Of a stretch of DNA of 64,000 bases, positions 25,794 through 37,799 are shown one piece after another. Numbering within the stretch: position 1 is the stretch's first letter; each line of letters begins with the position of its first letter. The stretch lies in assembly GCF_006345805.1 (NCBI RefSeq), contig NC_043002.1:26908001-26972000 (forward strand). The letters run 5' to 3'. The DNA comes from Octopus sinensis. Taxonomy: Eukaryota. The position numbers and the translations under genes were made by a program. The notes below the pieces were generated by a model, which saw only the letters and a program-made list of their open reading frames with translations, ran no database searches and had not been told where the DNA came from.

Positions 25794-27778
25794 TAGGTAG
25801 CTAGGTAAGTTGAGGTTTTCACGTGACCAGCCAGTGTGTAACTTGCACTGTAAAGAATGTGCTAATCCATATGTCCGTGCAACATTTTTATAGTAGTTCC
25901 TTTTAATATTATATATATATATATCTTTCTTGCGGTATCGGTTTTGTTTTGTCATACGTTAGAGCTTAGATACAATGGATCAGGTTTTGAATTGTTGGCG
26001 ATTTCAAAGGTGAACCACCTGATCAATATTTTCATGTGTGTTTTCATATTTCAAGTCCCAATTATATTTGGCCATTTCTATGAAGTCACTTTCCAGTGAG
26101 GTCACAAGAAGTATTGTTATTTGAACCACACAGAGATCGAGGTTCAGATCTGTTTTTGATTGTCTGAGTTTCTTTGGCATTCGTGTTTCTATTTATATAA
26201 TTTCTTCTATTAACCTTTGACATTATATTGGCAAGATTCTCAATGCCACGATAATTAACGTTTACTGAACTTGTATAAAGCGTTTATGATATCAGTGAGT
26301 GCTAGCGAAATATATATTGCTGTACTGAACTGAGAACTTGATTTGTTTTTGCTTTTTTTTTTTTAGAAATGACATTTATATTGAATAGTGAAAAAACCTG
26401 TTAAATTTCCTTTTCCTAAGTGTATTGCCATGCTTGTTACTGGTGGGTTTTTTTACGAATTTTATTGTATTGCATTTTGTCTTTAAACTCACGTTTTACT
26501 GAAGCGCTATTGTAGGAATAAAAGCAGTATAAGCATTTTTGAAAATCGTCACCAAACGAGTTGTAGTGAACCCGTCTACTGATGTTGCTGACTATGCAGT
26601 AATTACATAGAAGTATATTTATATACATAAGCTTTCCATTATATACATAAGCTTTTGTATGAGAGATATTTTTCTCCCTTCACGTTATAGAAATGTCCTG
26701 AAAAATAATACTGCGCTTTTTAGATGATAATCTTTAAAGGTTCATATTAATTCCTTTCTAAATTTATTTGAGACAGTTTTATTTTAGAGACTGCACGTAG
26801 AATAAAAATATTATGTATTTTTTTGAGTTTCTGTATTTCAAGGTGGACTCGTCCATTTGTCTTCTCTGCTTTCGGTGAAATAAATAACAGACGTCGTATA
26901 ATTAAGACGTTTCCTTGGTTAGTTTTGTCATCTTGCACCGATGGGATAATCAGTCTTCGAAGACTCATCATATGCCTCTTCATTAAAGTCATAAATGCCT
27001 TAAATACCGTATTTGACACTTCATGGGAAGATGTGAATATGAATAAGTCTTCCACGCATTCATCTGTCTAAGATCCATATGCGGCAAGCGATGAAAACCC
27101 TGTGCTCTGAACGTCCCATCTAAATAAGTACCCATAAACGTGACTGCTGGATTTCATTGATAGTACTGAAAACAGTATAACTATATTGCATGTTACAATA
27201 AATGTTCTTAACTATGAAGAACATGGTTTGATCGATGTTAGGTTGGATGAATCCAACCCTCATGCTAACATCTCATCAGCTTATACCTGCTGGAAACGTG
27301 AGACTTACCGATTTCGACACATCTCATAGAACACTGGTATGGATTTATGCTTGCTTAACGCATGGATGTTCAAGCAAAATTAGATCAAATGCGTCAAAAT
27401 AATATTTTTGTGTCCGGCATAGTGTATCACTGAACATGATACAGTGAGGTCTCTCTTTCAAAAACGGTAAGCAACAATTAAATAGAACTGCTTTTGACTT
27501 TGTAGCAAATGTATCCATCAATATGCAGCTCATGTTTGAGTGATGACAGTTTTATATAGCTGAGATAACCGATATGCATCAAATGTTACATATAGTTACA
27601 GGATGATATTAGCGCATCATCGCAAGTCATATGAATACTCATTGAATTTCCAGTAGAGCCTGGTTCTTCTTTCTGTTCGGGAAGGCATTAAAGTTTGGAG
27701 TGTTGAAAATATTTACATCGAGCTCCGAAAAACGTCGTTAAAGTGTGCCTTTGTGGACCAATATATATATATATATAG

Positions 27779-27826
<48 letters not shown>

Positions 27827-29541
27827 ATGTGCGTATGTTCCTTATGAATTCGAAAACTTAGTTGCCGATATTGACGTATGGAGTATCAAAAGATTCAGTA
27901 TTCTTTCGGTTACCAAATAAACTTTATTTTCATTTATGTATTTGCATTACAAAATTTTAACATTATAATCTTTCTATAAGTCAACTACCGTAAATGATGT
28001 TTTATAGCACGACGACGACGACGTCACATTTTCTATATGAGTGTGAATGTATCTGGCAGTGTATATGTGTGTGTTTGCGAATTCGTTACGTACATCAGGT
28101 CGATGACGTAGAAGCATATATGTATGTGTGTATATGACGGTGCATGTTTCTCACAGTATACATTTTTGTGATGACTAAGACACACACACACAGAAGCACA
28201 CATACATATATATATAGACAGATACAGACAAACAAAGAGACAGAGATATGCCTGAGATATGCGTGAATGTATGGCTCTGTGTGTCTGTCTTAGTATATGC
28301 ATGTGACTGTACCGCCCAACAGTGAAACGCGCCGACTTTGAAAGACTTTACTTGCAGTCTGGACATTGAACGATCAACAGTGTTCGGCTTGTAGTACTAC
28401 TATTTGAATTTTCCTTTTCATCATGGAGAGTTGCAACTTAAACAACATTAAAGATTATGACTACTTATGCGCTGAAATATTTCGCAACACTCACAAGTAT
28501 ATCTGAAAAAAATGTTTTTGGCTTATTTTAACAAATTCAGAAACTTGGGAAAGTAGATAGCCTTAGCAGCTCTTTCAATATAATTATAGAAATATTATTC
28601 CAGTCCTTATAACCAGTTTCAAGATAATGCTTTTTTAACAGTCCTAGCGTCTATATCGTATTCCTGCTATGCTGCTTTGTCAGTGTGAATATCTTAAGGC
28701 CACAAACGTTTTACTGCGATACTCAGTATATATTTTACAGCCTATAATCTTACACAGTTAAAATATATAGTAAATGATGTCAAATTAATTTATGCCTTGC
28801 TATATAAATCCTACAGCAAATATTTTAAATTAATTAACGTTCACAACACCAAGATATTCCTTTGTACACACTTTGTTCAGCGTTCAAATCTCATAGAACA
28901 CTGACATGGATTTATGCTTGTTTAACGCAGCGTAAAAATTGTAAAATAATAAAATACGTTTGTATGAAAAATTGAATTTTCTTTGAGTTTGACTTTCTTC
29001 ACCGTGACATTCAATCCCTGAATTTCATAGCATTTAGTACATGTGCCAAATATATGCTAACTTTCTGTACTCTCTTACATTGGTGAAGAATAGCAATTTT
29101 TGCTAAATTGGTGACTTTTCAATGTTGGAATATTTCTTCTGGAGATATTCCATAAAAATTTTTTTATAGCATAACTATGCTACAGAAAGAATGTTTTGCT
29201 CCTATATTGGCTACATTTCGTTTCGCTTGAACTATGCGTGTGTACGTTTTACTGTTTTTAATATTATCAATTCTATGAGTGTCTATGTGTCTTTGAGTGC
29301 CTGTGTGTTTCCGCGTAACGAATGCCGAAACGCACACTTTAATAAACGACACTAAACGACATTTTAAGCCGTTTAAATGCGCCCACTTCTAATGAAGTAG
29401 ACAGCTTAATGGTAGGTGATCCCATGAAAATCGTGATATTCTCATTCGTGCTCGAGATAACAAACTTAAACATATTTCAGATATTCATCTCTCTTAAAAT
29501 GCTCTCCAGTATACTCTTATTCGATGGAATTATTTTAACTG

Positions 29542-29655
29542 TGGGATGAAGTTAAAATAATAGACAGAGAGCACCACTGGAAAATATGAAAACTGAAAGA
29601 AATAGCACAAATGCTAGGACACAACAACCTCCTAAGCAGACCGAGTGCAAATATG

Positions 29656-29722
<67 letters not shown>

Positions 29723-29870
29723 CAACATCGAAAAATACCTTAGGAATGAGAACCCAGGTTCGAAATTTACCCAAGACACATGATGAAGACTGGAGGGTAT
29801 ATCAGCCGAAACGTTGTGTTAACAAACAAGATGAGGACAAATATCCGTAAAATGTAAATATTGTAAATAA
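29542..29870 (+). mobile_element. PLE 3' end (Penelope/Poseidon-like GIY-YIG tail), (AAT)n and hammerhead
   Basis: Translation WDEVKIIDREHHWKI*KLKEIAQMLGHNNLLSRP. HHR at 29776-29819 reads ACAC-ATGATGA-AGACTG...CAGCC-GAAAC GTT-GTGT. Confidence 0.75.
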
Positions 29871-29940
29871 TGTTTATATTTATTGTTTATTAATATGAAT
29901 AAGAACAGCAGTAATGAGGGCAACACCGTATCTCAAGGAG

Positions 29941-30552
29941 AGTAAAGCGAGTAGCCACGTCAAAATGGCAGATGAATGTTACTACTAGTTTAACCCCAGG
30001 CAGATTTTCTGTCAGCTGGTTTTCGGTGCAAGCTCCGCACCCTTTATGTACAATACACCGCTAGCAGGGGTAGCGAATCCCTACTATCTGACAGGATCGG
30101 GATACCGGCCGGGTTCGAGCTATTTGGTTCATGACAGCCGGGCACAGTGGGGTGATAGCTAACATCAGCTTCTGCTTGTGATATACTGTAAACAAAGTAA
30201 CAATCTGTCACTGATTTGCAAGACGCAAAATAGCCAGTTATAATATCCCAAGAAGAGATAGAGTAGTAGTAACGTACACTATACAGTAAAGCGAGTAGCC
30301 ACATCAATGTGCCAAATGAATGTTACTACTGGGTTAACCCCAGGCATACTCCCCGCCAGCTCCTGAAATCTCGGCCGCTCCCGAAATCCTGTCAGCTGTC
30401 GGAGGATAGTAGGGGTTCGTTCCTCCTGCTAGCTATATATTGTACATAAAGAGTGCAGAGATTGCACCGAAAACAAGTTTGCGGAGAATCCGCCTACGGT
30501 TAAACTAGTTGTACCATTCATCTGCCACTTTGATGCGCCTACTCGCTTCACT
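29941..30552. mobile_element. Fold-back/MITE-like element with ~130-bp inverted termini
   Basis: AGTAAAGCGAGTAGCCACGTCAAAATGGCAGATGAATG... occurs at 29941 and 30285, inverted at 30420-30552, and again at 31120-31241. Confidence 0.7.
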
Positions 30553-30575
30553 ATATATATATATATATATATAAT

Positions 30576-30626
<51 letters not shown>

Positions 30627-30704
30627 TATATAATATATGCATTCATATATATATATAATATATATATATATTATATATATATATATATATATACATGTAT
30701 ATAT

Positions 30705-30911
30705 ATTTTTTTTTCTCTCCTTCTTTCTGTGTTTTTCTCTGTGTATCTTTCTGTTGAAGAGCGTAGGCTCGAAACGTTAAAGACTTGTTTTATTTATATT
30801 TCCTGAGCGCCATACTAATACAATTGTTTGTTTGTGTTACACCTGCCTTCGTCTTTTGTTTATTTCCGTAAACCTGCCTTCGTCTTTTGTCTATTTTCAT
30901 AAAGCTTCCCG

Positions 30912-30912
<1 letters not shown>
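30705..30912 (+). mobile_element. Short HHR-bearing repeat in (TA)n
   Basis: TCTTT-CTGTTGA-A GAGC GTAG GCTC-GAAACGTT-AAAGA at 30746-30783 (A6U core change). Confidence 0.65.
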
Positions 30913-30949
<37 letters not shown>

Positions 30950-31056
30950 AAAGTAAATAATTTCTTCGATGGTTTTTCAAAAAACCAACAATTATTTACT
31001 GGTAGATTTCGACATGTAAATATAACCATTAACGGCAGGAACTTCTGTAAAGTTCA

Positions 31057-31107
<51 letters not shown>

Positions 31108-31432
31108 ATGTATATATATAGTGAAGCGAGTAGGCGCATCAAAGTGGCAGATGAATGGTACTACTAGTTTAACCTTAGGTGGATTCTCCGCCAGCTGGTT
31201 TTCGGTGCAAGCTCTGCACTTTTTATGTACAATATATAGCTATATATATATATATGTATATATATACATATATATATATATAACGTATTGGAATCTTACA
31301 TATATACCATTGTGCATAAAAATATAGATCTACAAATTCAATATCCCCACATATCTCACCTCTATTTTCTTTCTTCCATCTCTCTTTCTATTCTGTATCC
31401 TATCTCCTATTACTTAACTATCCTCTCACACC

Positions 31433-31485
31433 GTCTCCGATGAAGGGATATAACTAATAAATATCCTGGCAATAGCTCTAAGAAC
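31433..31485 (+). ncRNA. Decayed hammerhead motif
   Basis: GTCT-CCGATGA-AGGGATAT...ATATCCTG-GCAAT AGCT CTA-AGAAC. Homologous to the 2151 motif, with the GAAAC box mutated. Confidence 0.45.
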
Positions 31486-31591
31486 TATCAATAAATGTTG
31501 TAATATCTACACAGCCATGGATTTTTTTATCTCATTCCGCAAAAAATTCTTGTATATATATATATATATTATATATATATAATATATATAT

Positions 31592-32999
31592 ATAATTTAA
31601 TAAATAAAATATATGCATACATACATACATATATGTACGTACCTACATCTACATGTATATATACATGCATATATATATATATATATTATATATATATATA
31701 TATGAGTACAGGACACCACAAATAGACGTAGAACTCAACGAGAAACGAAAACATAAAAACATAGAAACGGACTTTAACAACGAAAAAACAGAGTACGAGA
31801 CAAACAACACAAGGAACATTCCCCTTCATCAGCTGTCCCCGGTTCGACTCCATGCGTGTTTCGAAGGTAAGGACAGAACACGACACCGGACCGGTCCTTC
31901 CTGCAAAGGAATTAATTAAAATTCCCTTGCAGAGGGGTAAAAACAAGGAAAGAAAAAATGTGACAAGAACAGGACGAAAAAGCAATACAAATAAAAATAC
32001 AAATACAAAATAAAAATACAAATAAAAAAAAATACAGTACACATAAAGAACAAAAACAGGACAAAGAAACTAACATTGAAGGCCTTTTTTAAGCCTAGAG
32101 GATGGAAAAATTCAGAGCAGAAGGAAAAAAGTCGTGTTGACTTGTAGAAGGCTGGAGTGAAAGGAAGTTGGTCGACTCGACAGTGAGAGAGGTGAGGAGG
32201 AGTGAGAGAGACAGAGATATAGAGAGGAAAGAAACCAGAATGGGTGAAAAATAAGAAAGAGAGAGACAGGCAAAGAGGAAGACAGATAGGAAGGAAGGAA
32301 AGGTCAAGCAAAGGGTTACAGAGTTTCGCGTCATAATTATATATAAAAACTTACTTGGAGAAAAGAAAAGAAACGAAACGACGCGAGGGCACTCGGTCAT
32401 ACAATAATTTAATAAATAAAATATATGCATACATACATATATGTACGTACCTACATCTACATGTATATATACATGAATATATATATATATATGAGTACAG
32501 GGCACCACAAATAGACGTAGAACTCAACGAGAAACGAAAACATAAAAACATGGCAACGGACTTTTTTTAACAACGAAAAAACAGAGCACGAGACAAACAA
32601 CACAAGGAACATTCCCCTTCATCAGCTGTCCCCGGTTCGACTCCATGCGTGTTTCGAAGGTAAGGGCAGAACACGACACCGGACCGGTCCTTCCTGCAAA
32701 GGAATTAAATATAATTCCTTTGCAGAGGGGTAAAAACAAGGAAAGAAAAACATATGACAAGAACAGGACGTAAAACACTAAAAATACAAATAAAAATACA
32801 AATACAAAATAAAAATACAAATACAAAATAATACAGTACACATAAAGAACAAAAACAGGACAAAGAAACCAACATTGAGGGCCCCTTTTTTAAGCTTAGA
32901 CGATGGAAAAATTCAGAGCGCAAGGAAAAATGTCGTGTTGACTTGTAGAAGGCTGGAGTGAAAGGAAGTTGGTCGACTCGGCAGTAAGAGAGATGAGGA

Positions 33000-33036
<37 letters not shown>

Positions 33037-33531
33037 GGAACCAGACAGGCTGAAAAATAAGAAGGAGAGAGACAGGCAAAGAGGAAGACAGATAGGAAGG
33101 AAGGAAAGGTCAAGCAAAGGGTTACAGAATTTCGCGTCATAATTACATATAAAAACTTACTTGGAGAAATGAAAAGAAACGAAACGACGCGAGGTCGCTC
33201 AGTCATATAATAATTTAATAAATAAAATATATGCATACATACATATATGTACGTACCTACATCTACATGTATATATACATGAATATATATATATATATAT
33301 ATATAATATATATATATGAGTACAGGGCACCACAAATAGACGTAGAACTCAACGAGAAACGAAAACATAAAAACATGGAAACGGACTTTTTTTAACAACG
33401 AAAAAACAGAGTACGAGACAAACAACACAAGGAACATTCCCCTTCATCAGCTGTCCCCGGTTCGATTCCATGCGTGTTTCGAAGGTAAGGACAGAACACG
33501 TACCTACATCTACATGTATATATACATGCAT
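31592..33531 (-). repeat. Tandem array of an ~810-bp non-coding unit (about 2.4 copies)
   Basis: Units start at ~31592, ~32403 and ~33208 (ATAATTTAATAAATAAAATATATGCATAC). Copies differ by substitutions, and each carries the permuted hammerhead-like motif. Confidence 0.92.
31821..31889 (-). ncRNA. Candidate hammerhead with non-circularly permuted strand order (also 32614-32682 and 33439-33500)
   Basis: Minus: CGTGTT|CTGTCC-tta-CCTTC GAAACACG-16 nt-GGACAG CTGATGA AGGGG. Stems I (6 bp), II (4 bp) and III (5 bp) can all form. Confidence 0.5.
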
Positions 33532-33534
33532 GAG

Positions 33535-33855
33535 GTTGAGGAGAAATCTCGTGCGCCGTGTAAAAATAATACTTTTTTTTGTGGTGTGTGTTCATTCAGT
33601 TCATGTCATGTTCAATGGTAACTCACTGTTGAAAAGTATCCAAGACTTGTTCGTCGCAAACAACGCTTTGTTTCAACAAGGCAATGCAAAACCGCATACC
33701 TCCAGAAAAACTAGCAAGAAGATTGAAGAAATAGACGGTGTGTAAGTTCTACCGCATCCAGCCCATATTCCAGATGTTGCTCCATCTGATCGCGATCTCT
33801 TCCGATCAATACAGCACTTTATAAAAGGACGCCGATTTGAGTCATTCGATGAAGT
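33535..33855 (+). mobile_element. Mariner transposase C-terminal fragment
   Basis: LFQQGNAKPHTSRKT...VLPHPAHIPDVAPSDRDLFRSIQHFIKGRRFESFDEV. Confidence 0.85.
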
Positions 33856-34317
33856 GTGTGTGTGTGAGTGTGTGTGTTCTTGGATAAAGACAGAGTACTC
33901 CTCATAGAATACTTGTGAAAGAGTCGTACCATCAACGCAGAATACTAAATGTCTTTGTTGGACGAACCGCGTGAGGCTTTTAAGCAGAAATGCCGAAGAA
34001 ACCTGAGCTGTGGCGTCTTACTCCCATGACTAGACAGTCTTTTTCTCTATATTTTACCCAATACATAGAAAAATACTGTCTACCCTTGTATATTTTCAAG
34101 TATATTTCATACAATACGTCTTCACTCTATTCCGCGTACTGAGATCTCTATTGCAATATGTATTATATATTCTACCTCATATTTATGGCTAGGCCAATTA
34201 AAACAGCGAATTCAAAATAAGGAGTCCTAGTGTCAGAACATTTAATTTATATCTGTGAGTCCGATACAATATATATGTTGTCGGCCATACAAATGTAATG
34301 TATAAACAGAGAGAGTC

Positions 34318-34350
<33 letters not shown>

Positions 34351-35224
34351 GAAGTAGAAAGGGGCAGAGTAAGTGAGTGAGTATGTGAGTGAGGAAAGGA
34401 GCTACATTATTTTACTCTTCATTATTGAATGCGTCATTTTCGAAAAAGGTATCGTGATGACTGAGTGAGATTTAGCTGCTAATTCTGAGAGTCCTGCACA
34501 CATATGCACTGGTGTTTTTATGAGTTACCAAATAATTGTTTCAGTAGTATGCTTATGATTTGTGTCTTGAATAGTAATATCCAGAATTCAGTGAGGATAG
34601 CTACCAATGCGACAAATCCTTGGTACATTTCATCTCATTTGCATCTTAAGCAAATTGATAAAGCAAATTCCTCGGTTAAACTACGCTTAACATTTGCATA
34701 TATCTGAGTTTGTGCGTAATAAAAATGATATAAATGTTAATATATAAATTTCTAAAACATTCGAAGTTACCACTTTGAAGTTAAAAAAGACAACATCGAA
34801 CGTGTATCTCATCTCATAAAATGATATCATATATTTCCATAGCGAAGAAAAATCAATAAAAAAACTATCGTATAAGACAAGGTTTTAAAGGAAATCTGGA
34901 TATAAAGACAAAATGTATTTTGTAGACATAATATATTAAGCTCTTCATTATTTCTCATGTTTTATTACCTCCCTCAAAGGACCATGTAACGCTTAATGCA
35001 TGTGTATAAATTTATGACTATCAGAAGTTATCAATGAAGATAATCTTTGTTAAGAAACATATATTAGTAACTTTCTGCTATATTCAACTTAAGCGTTTAA
35101 TTCATTTTACAAGAAATATCTTATGACACAGGGGGAAATATATGTCTGAAGGAATTTCATTATGCATTATTTACACACTTTCATTTATTTATATAATTGG
35201 TTGTTAGCTTACATGCATATATAT

Positions 35225-35267
<43 letters not shown>

Positions 35268-35312
35268 TGGAACATATAAGAGAATAAATGAAAAAAATAT
35301 ATATGTATGTAT

Positions 35313-35358
<46 letters not shown>

Positions 35359-35362
<4 letters not shown>

Positions 35363-36631
35363 GAGGTGGTATGAACAAGTTACAGGACCAGTTATGTTTA
35401 ATAAAAATAATTTATTTACTCCAGTTTTCTCAAGATCTTCTTAGAAATAGTCACCCTGCGCAGCAATACACTGGTCCCGATGTTTCTGTCACTTTTAGAA
35501 TCGAACCGTCAGTCGAGGACTTTCTGTGCTTCGCTCTGGATCTTCACAACTGTGTCAAAACGGCGACCTTTGAGCTGTAATTTCATATTGAGTAAGGGAT
35601 GGAAGTTCACAGTGGTGAATATAGCGAGTGGAGAAACAATACTATGTTTTTGGCGAGAAATTCAGATATGAGGAGAGATCGGTGACAGGATGCATTATCC
35701 TCGTAAAGAATCCATTTCTTCACGCTCTAGAGATCAGGTCGCTTTCGCCAAATGCCCACTCTCAAACGCTTCGAAATGTTGCAGTAGAACTCTCCATTGA
35801 CGATTTGGCCCTGAATGACGAATTCTCGATGCGCAATACCGCAGATGTCTAAACAAACGATGGGCATGCTTTTGAATGAACTGCAGTTCTGTCGTGTCTT
35901 CCTGGAGATGAAGGCATCTACCACTGTGACGACTGCTGCTTCGCCTCAGGGTCATACCCTTAGACCCAACTCTCATCACCAGTGATGATCCTCGACATGA
36001 TGGATAGGTCATCGGCGGAACGCTGATGGAAAGCTTGACAGACTTCAATGCGATGTAATTTTTGCTCAGTAGTCAGCGGGCGGGGGACAAACTAGGCAGA
36101 GACACGCTGCATGTTCAATTCAGACATTAGGATTGCCATCACGGAGACATACGACTGGCCAACAACATTAGCAATATCGATGATTGTCCTCCGGCGATCA
36201 CCATGCAAAATCTGATGAATTTTCTCTACATTCTCAGTGGTGACGCTCGTGGTTGGTCTTCGAAATCGCTCTACGTCTTCCAGGGACAACCTTCCACTTT
36301 TGAAAGCACCCGTGCCACTCGCGTCATTGCATCCGACCCATTGCCTCTTCGCCGTCAATTGGCCGAAGCATGCTCAATACCTTTGTTGCAGACATTCCAA
36401 GTTTAACTCAAAATTATATGTTGGGTATTTGTTCCTGTCTATGACAATATCGCATACGCGTAATCACAAAAACACAAATTTCACAACATGCGAAGTGAAG
36501 ACTACTATGGTACTCGGCACACTGCTTTATGAAGGTCACTACTAGCTCTCAATGCGTACGTAGTTGAGTGCTGTCATCTGTTGGCGCGCTGGAGAACTAG
36601 TCCAGTTTGGAAACGTTTTGATACAACCTTG
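35359..36631 (-). mobile_element. Decayed mariner transposon with both ends
   Basis: Motifs FKSGRLSLEDVERFRRP, VSAxFVPR, IITGDESWV.GYDPE and HREFVIQGQIVNGEFYC...RKRPDL. Diverged TIRs ACGAGGTGGTATGAACAAGTT / AACGTTTTGATACAACCTTG. Confidence 0.9.
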
Positions 36632-37799
36632 ACATCATATATAATATATATATTATATATATATATATATATATAGATCAATAAATGGTGGGGTTGTTGA
36701 CCGCACGTGGAGAAATGATAAATAGGAAAAATTTTTTAAAAAAGCAGAATGCTCAAATGAAAGAAAATTTTAATAAAATGAGAAAATGATAAAATATATA
36801 AATATATATTTATTCAACCGGTTTTCGTCATTGTATGACTTGTCAAGAATATTTATGTTTTAAGAAGTTATTTTAAAAATTAGAAAGGGGAAAAAAAGAA
36901 AATTGCATTGTTTTTTGTAAAAGAATAATGATAAAAATGTACAAAAATTAAAAAATAAGTTCTCCGATACATTGTGAGTTCGTTGTGTATCTTGAGTTTT
37001 ATGGTTGTTTACCAAAAAATTACCTTGAGGTGTTAAGATCCAAAGGGATTAAGAGCATGTGATGTGTTGTGTTGTTAAATTCAGCATGTTGCAGGACAGG
37101 AAGTAGTAGTAATTGTGGTCCTGGTTCTTCAGTTCCTGTGTTGCGGGTAAGGGAAGACAACTCTTTTGAGTTCTTGAATAAAACCCAAATTATAAAACTA
37201 TCATTTTAGCTTCATTTGCATTATCTTTTTTATATAATTGCTTGTTAACTTAACTTTCAGATTTTAACACTTTATTTATATTATTTTCTAATAATATAAA
37301 TCTGCATAGACAATTGCATTTCAAATTGTCATATCATTTATAATAAAAATGATAGTAATAACAACAATAGTAAAAATGATATTTAAAGAATATAAGTTTT
37401 AGCTTGAAGTGATGAATGCATGGTATCTTTATATATTTGTGTTAGTCCCTCCATGAAGAGTGAGGTAGAGAAAGGAAGTTTGATCAACGAGGAGTTTGCA
37501 TATTAAGTTGTGTTTGGAATTTTTCAATAAAGCCCCCCATACAATCTACCAGTCACACACCCACAAACCCATCGCATTTCTCACAAATCCTTACACCATC
37601 GCATCCCATACCAACACAAATACGACAACTACCTACCCCCCTCCAACCTCCCCACCCAAAAACACTCCTACACATACAACCAGAACTTTAACAAAGAATA
37701 CACCCCTTACCTCAACAACCATTTTTTAGACAGAGGGGAAAAATACAAACACCACCGCTAACACAGACCCAAAATAAGAAAACAAAAATTATAAACCTC

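Noticed and set aside
31841-31851. GGTTCGACTCC, a Pol III B-box match on the plus strand
   Set aside because: There is no convincing upstream A box or tRNA fold. It lies in the linker of the minus-strand hammerhead-like motif.
31821-31867. Reading the motif as an ordinary type II hammerhead using the GUC in the linker
   Set aside because: No stem I can form between that GUC and CUGAUGA (GAACCGGGGACAG), whereas the upstream GUU-CUGUCC gives full stems I and III.
31592-33531. CRISPR-like or satellite array interpretation
   Set aside because: Units are ~810 bp with no repeat-spacer structure, the context is eukaryotic, and there are no cas genes.
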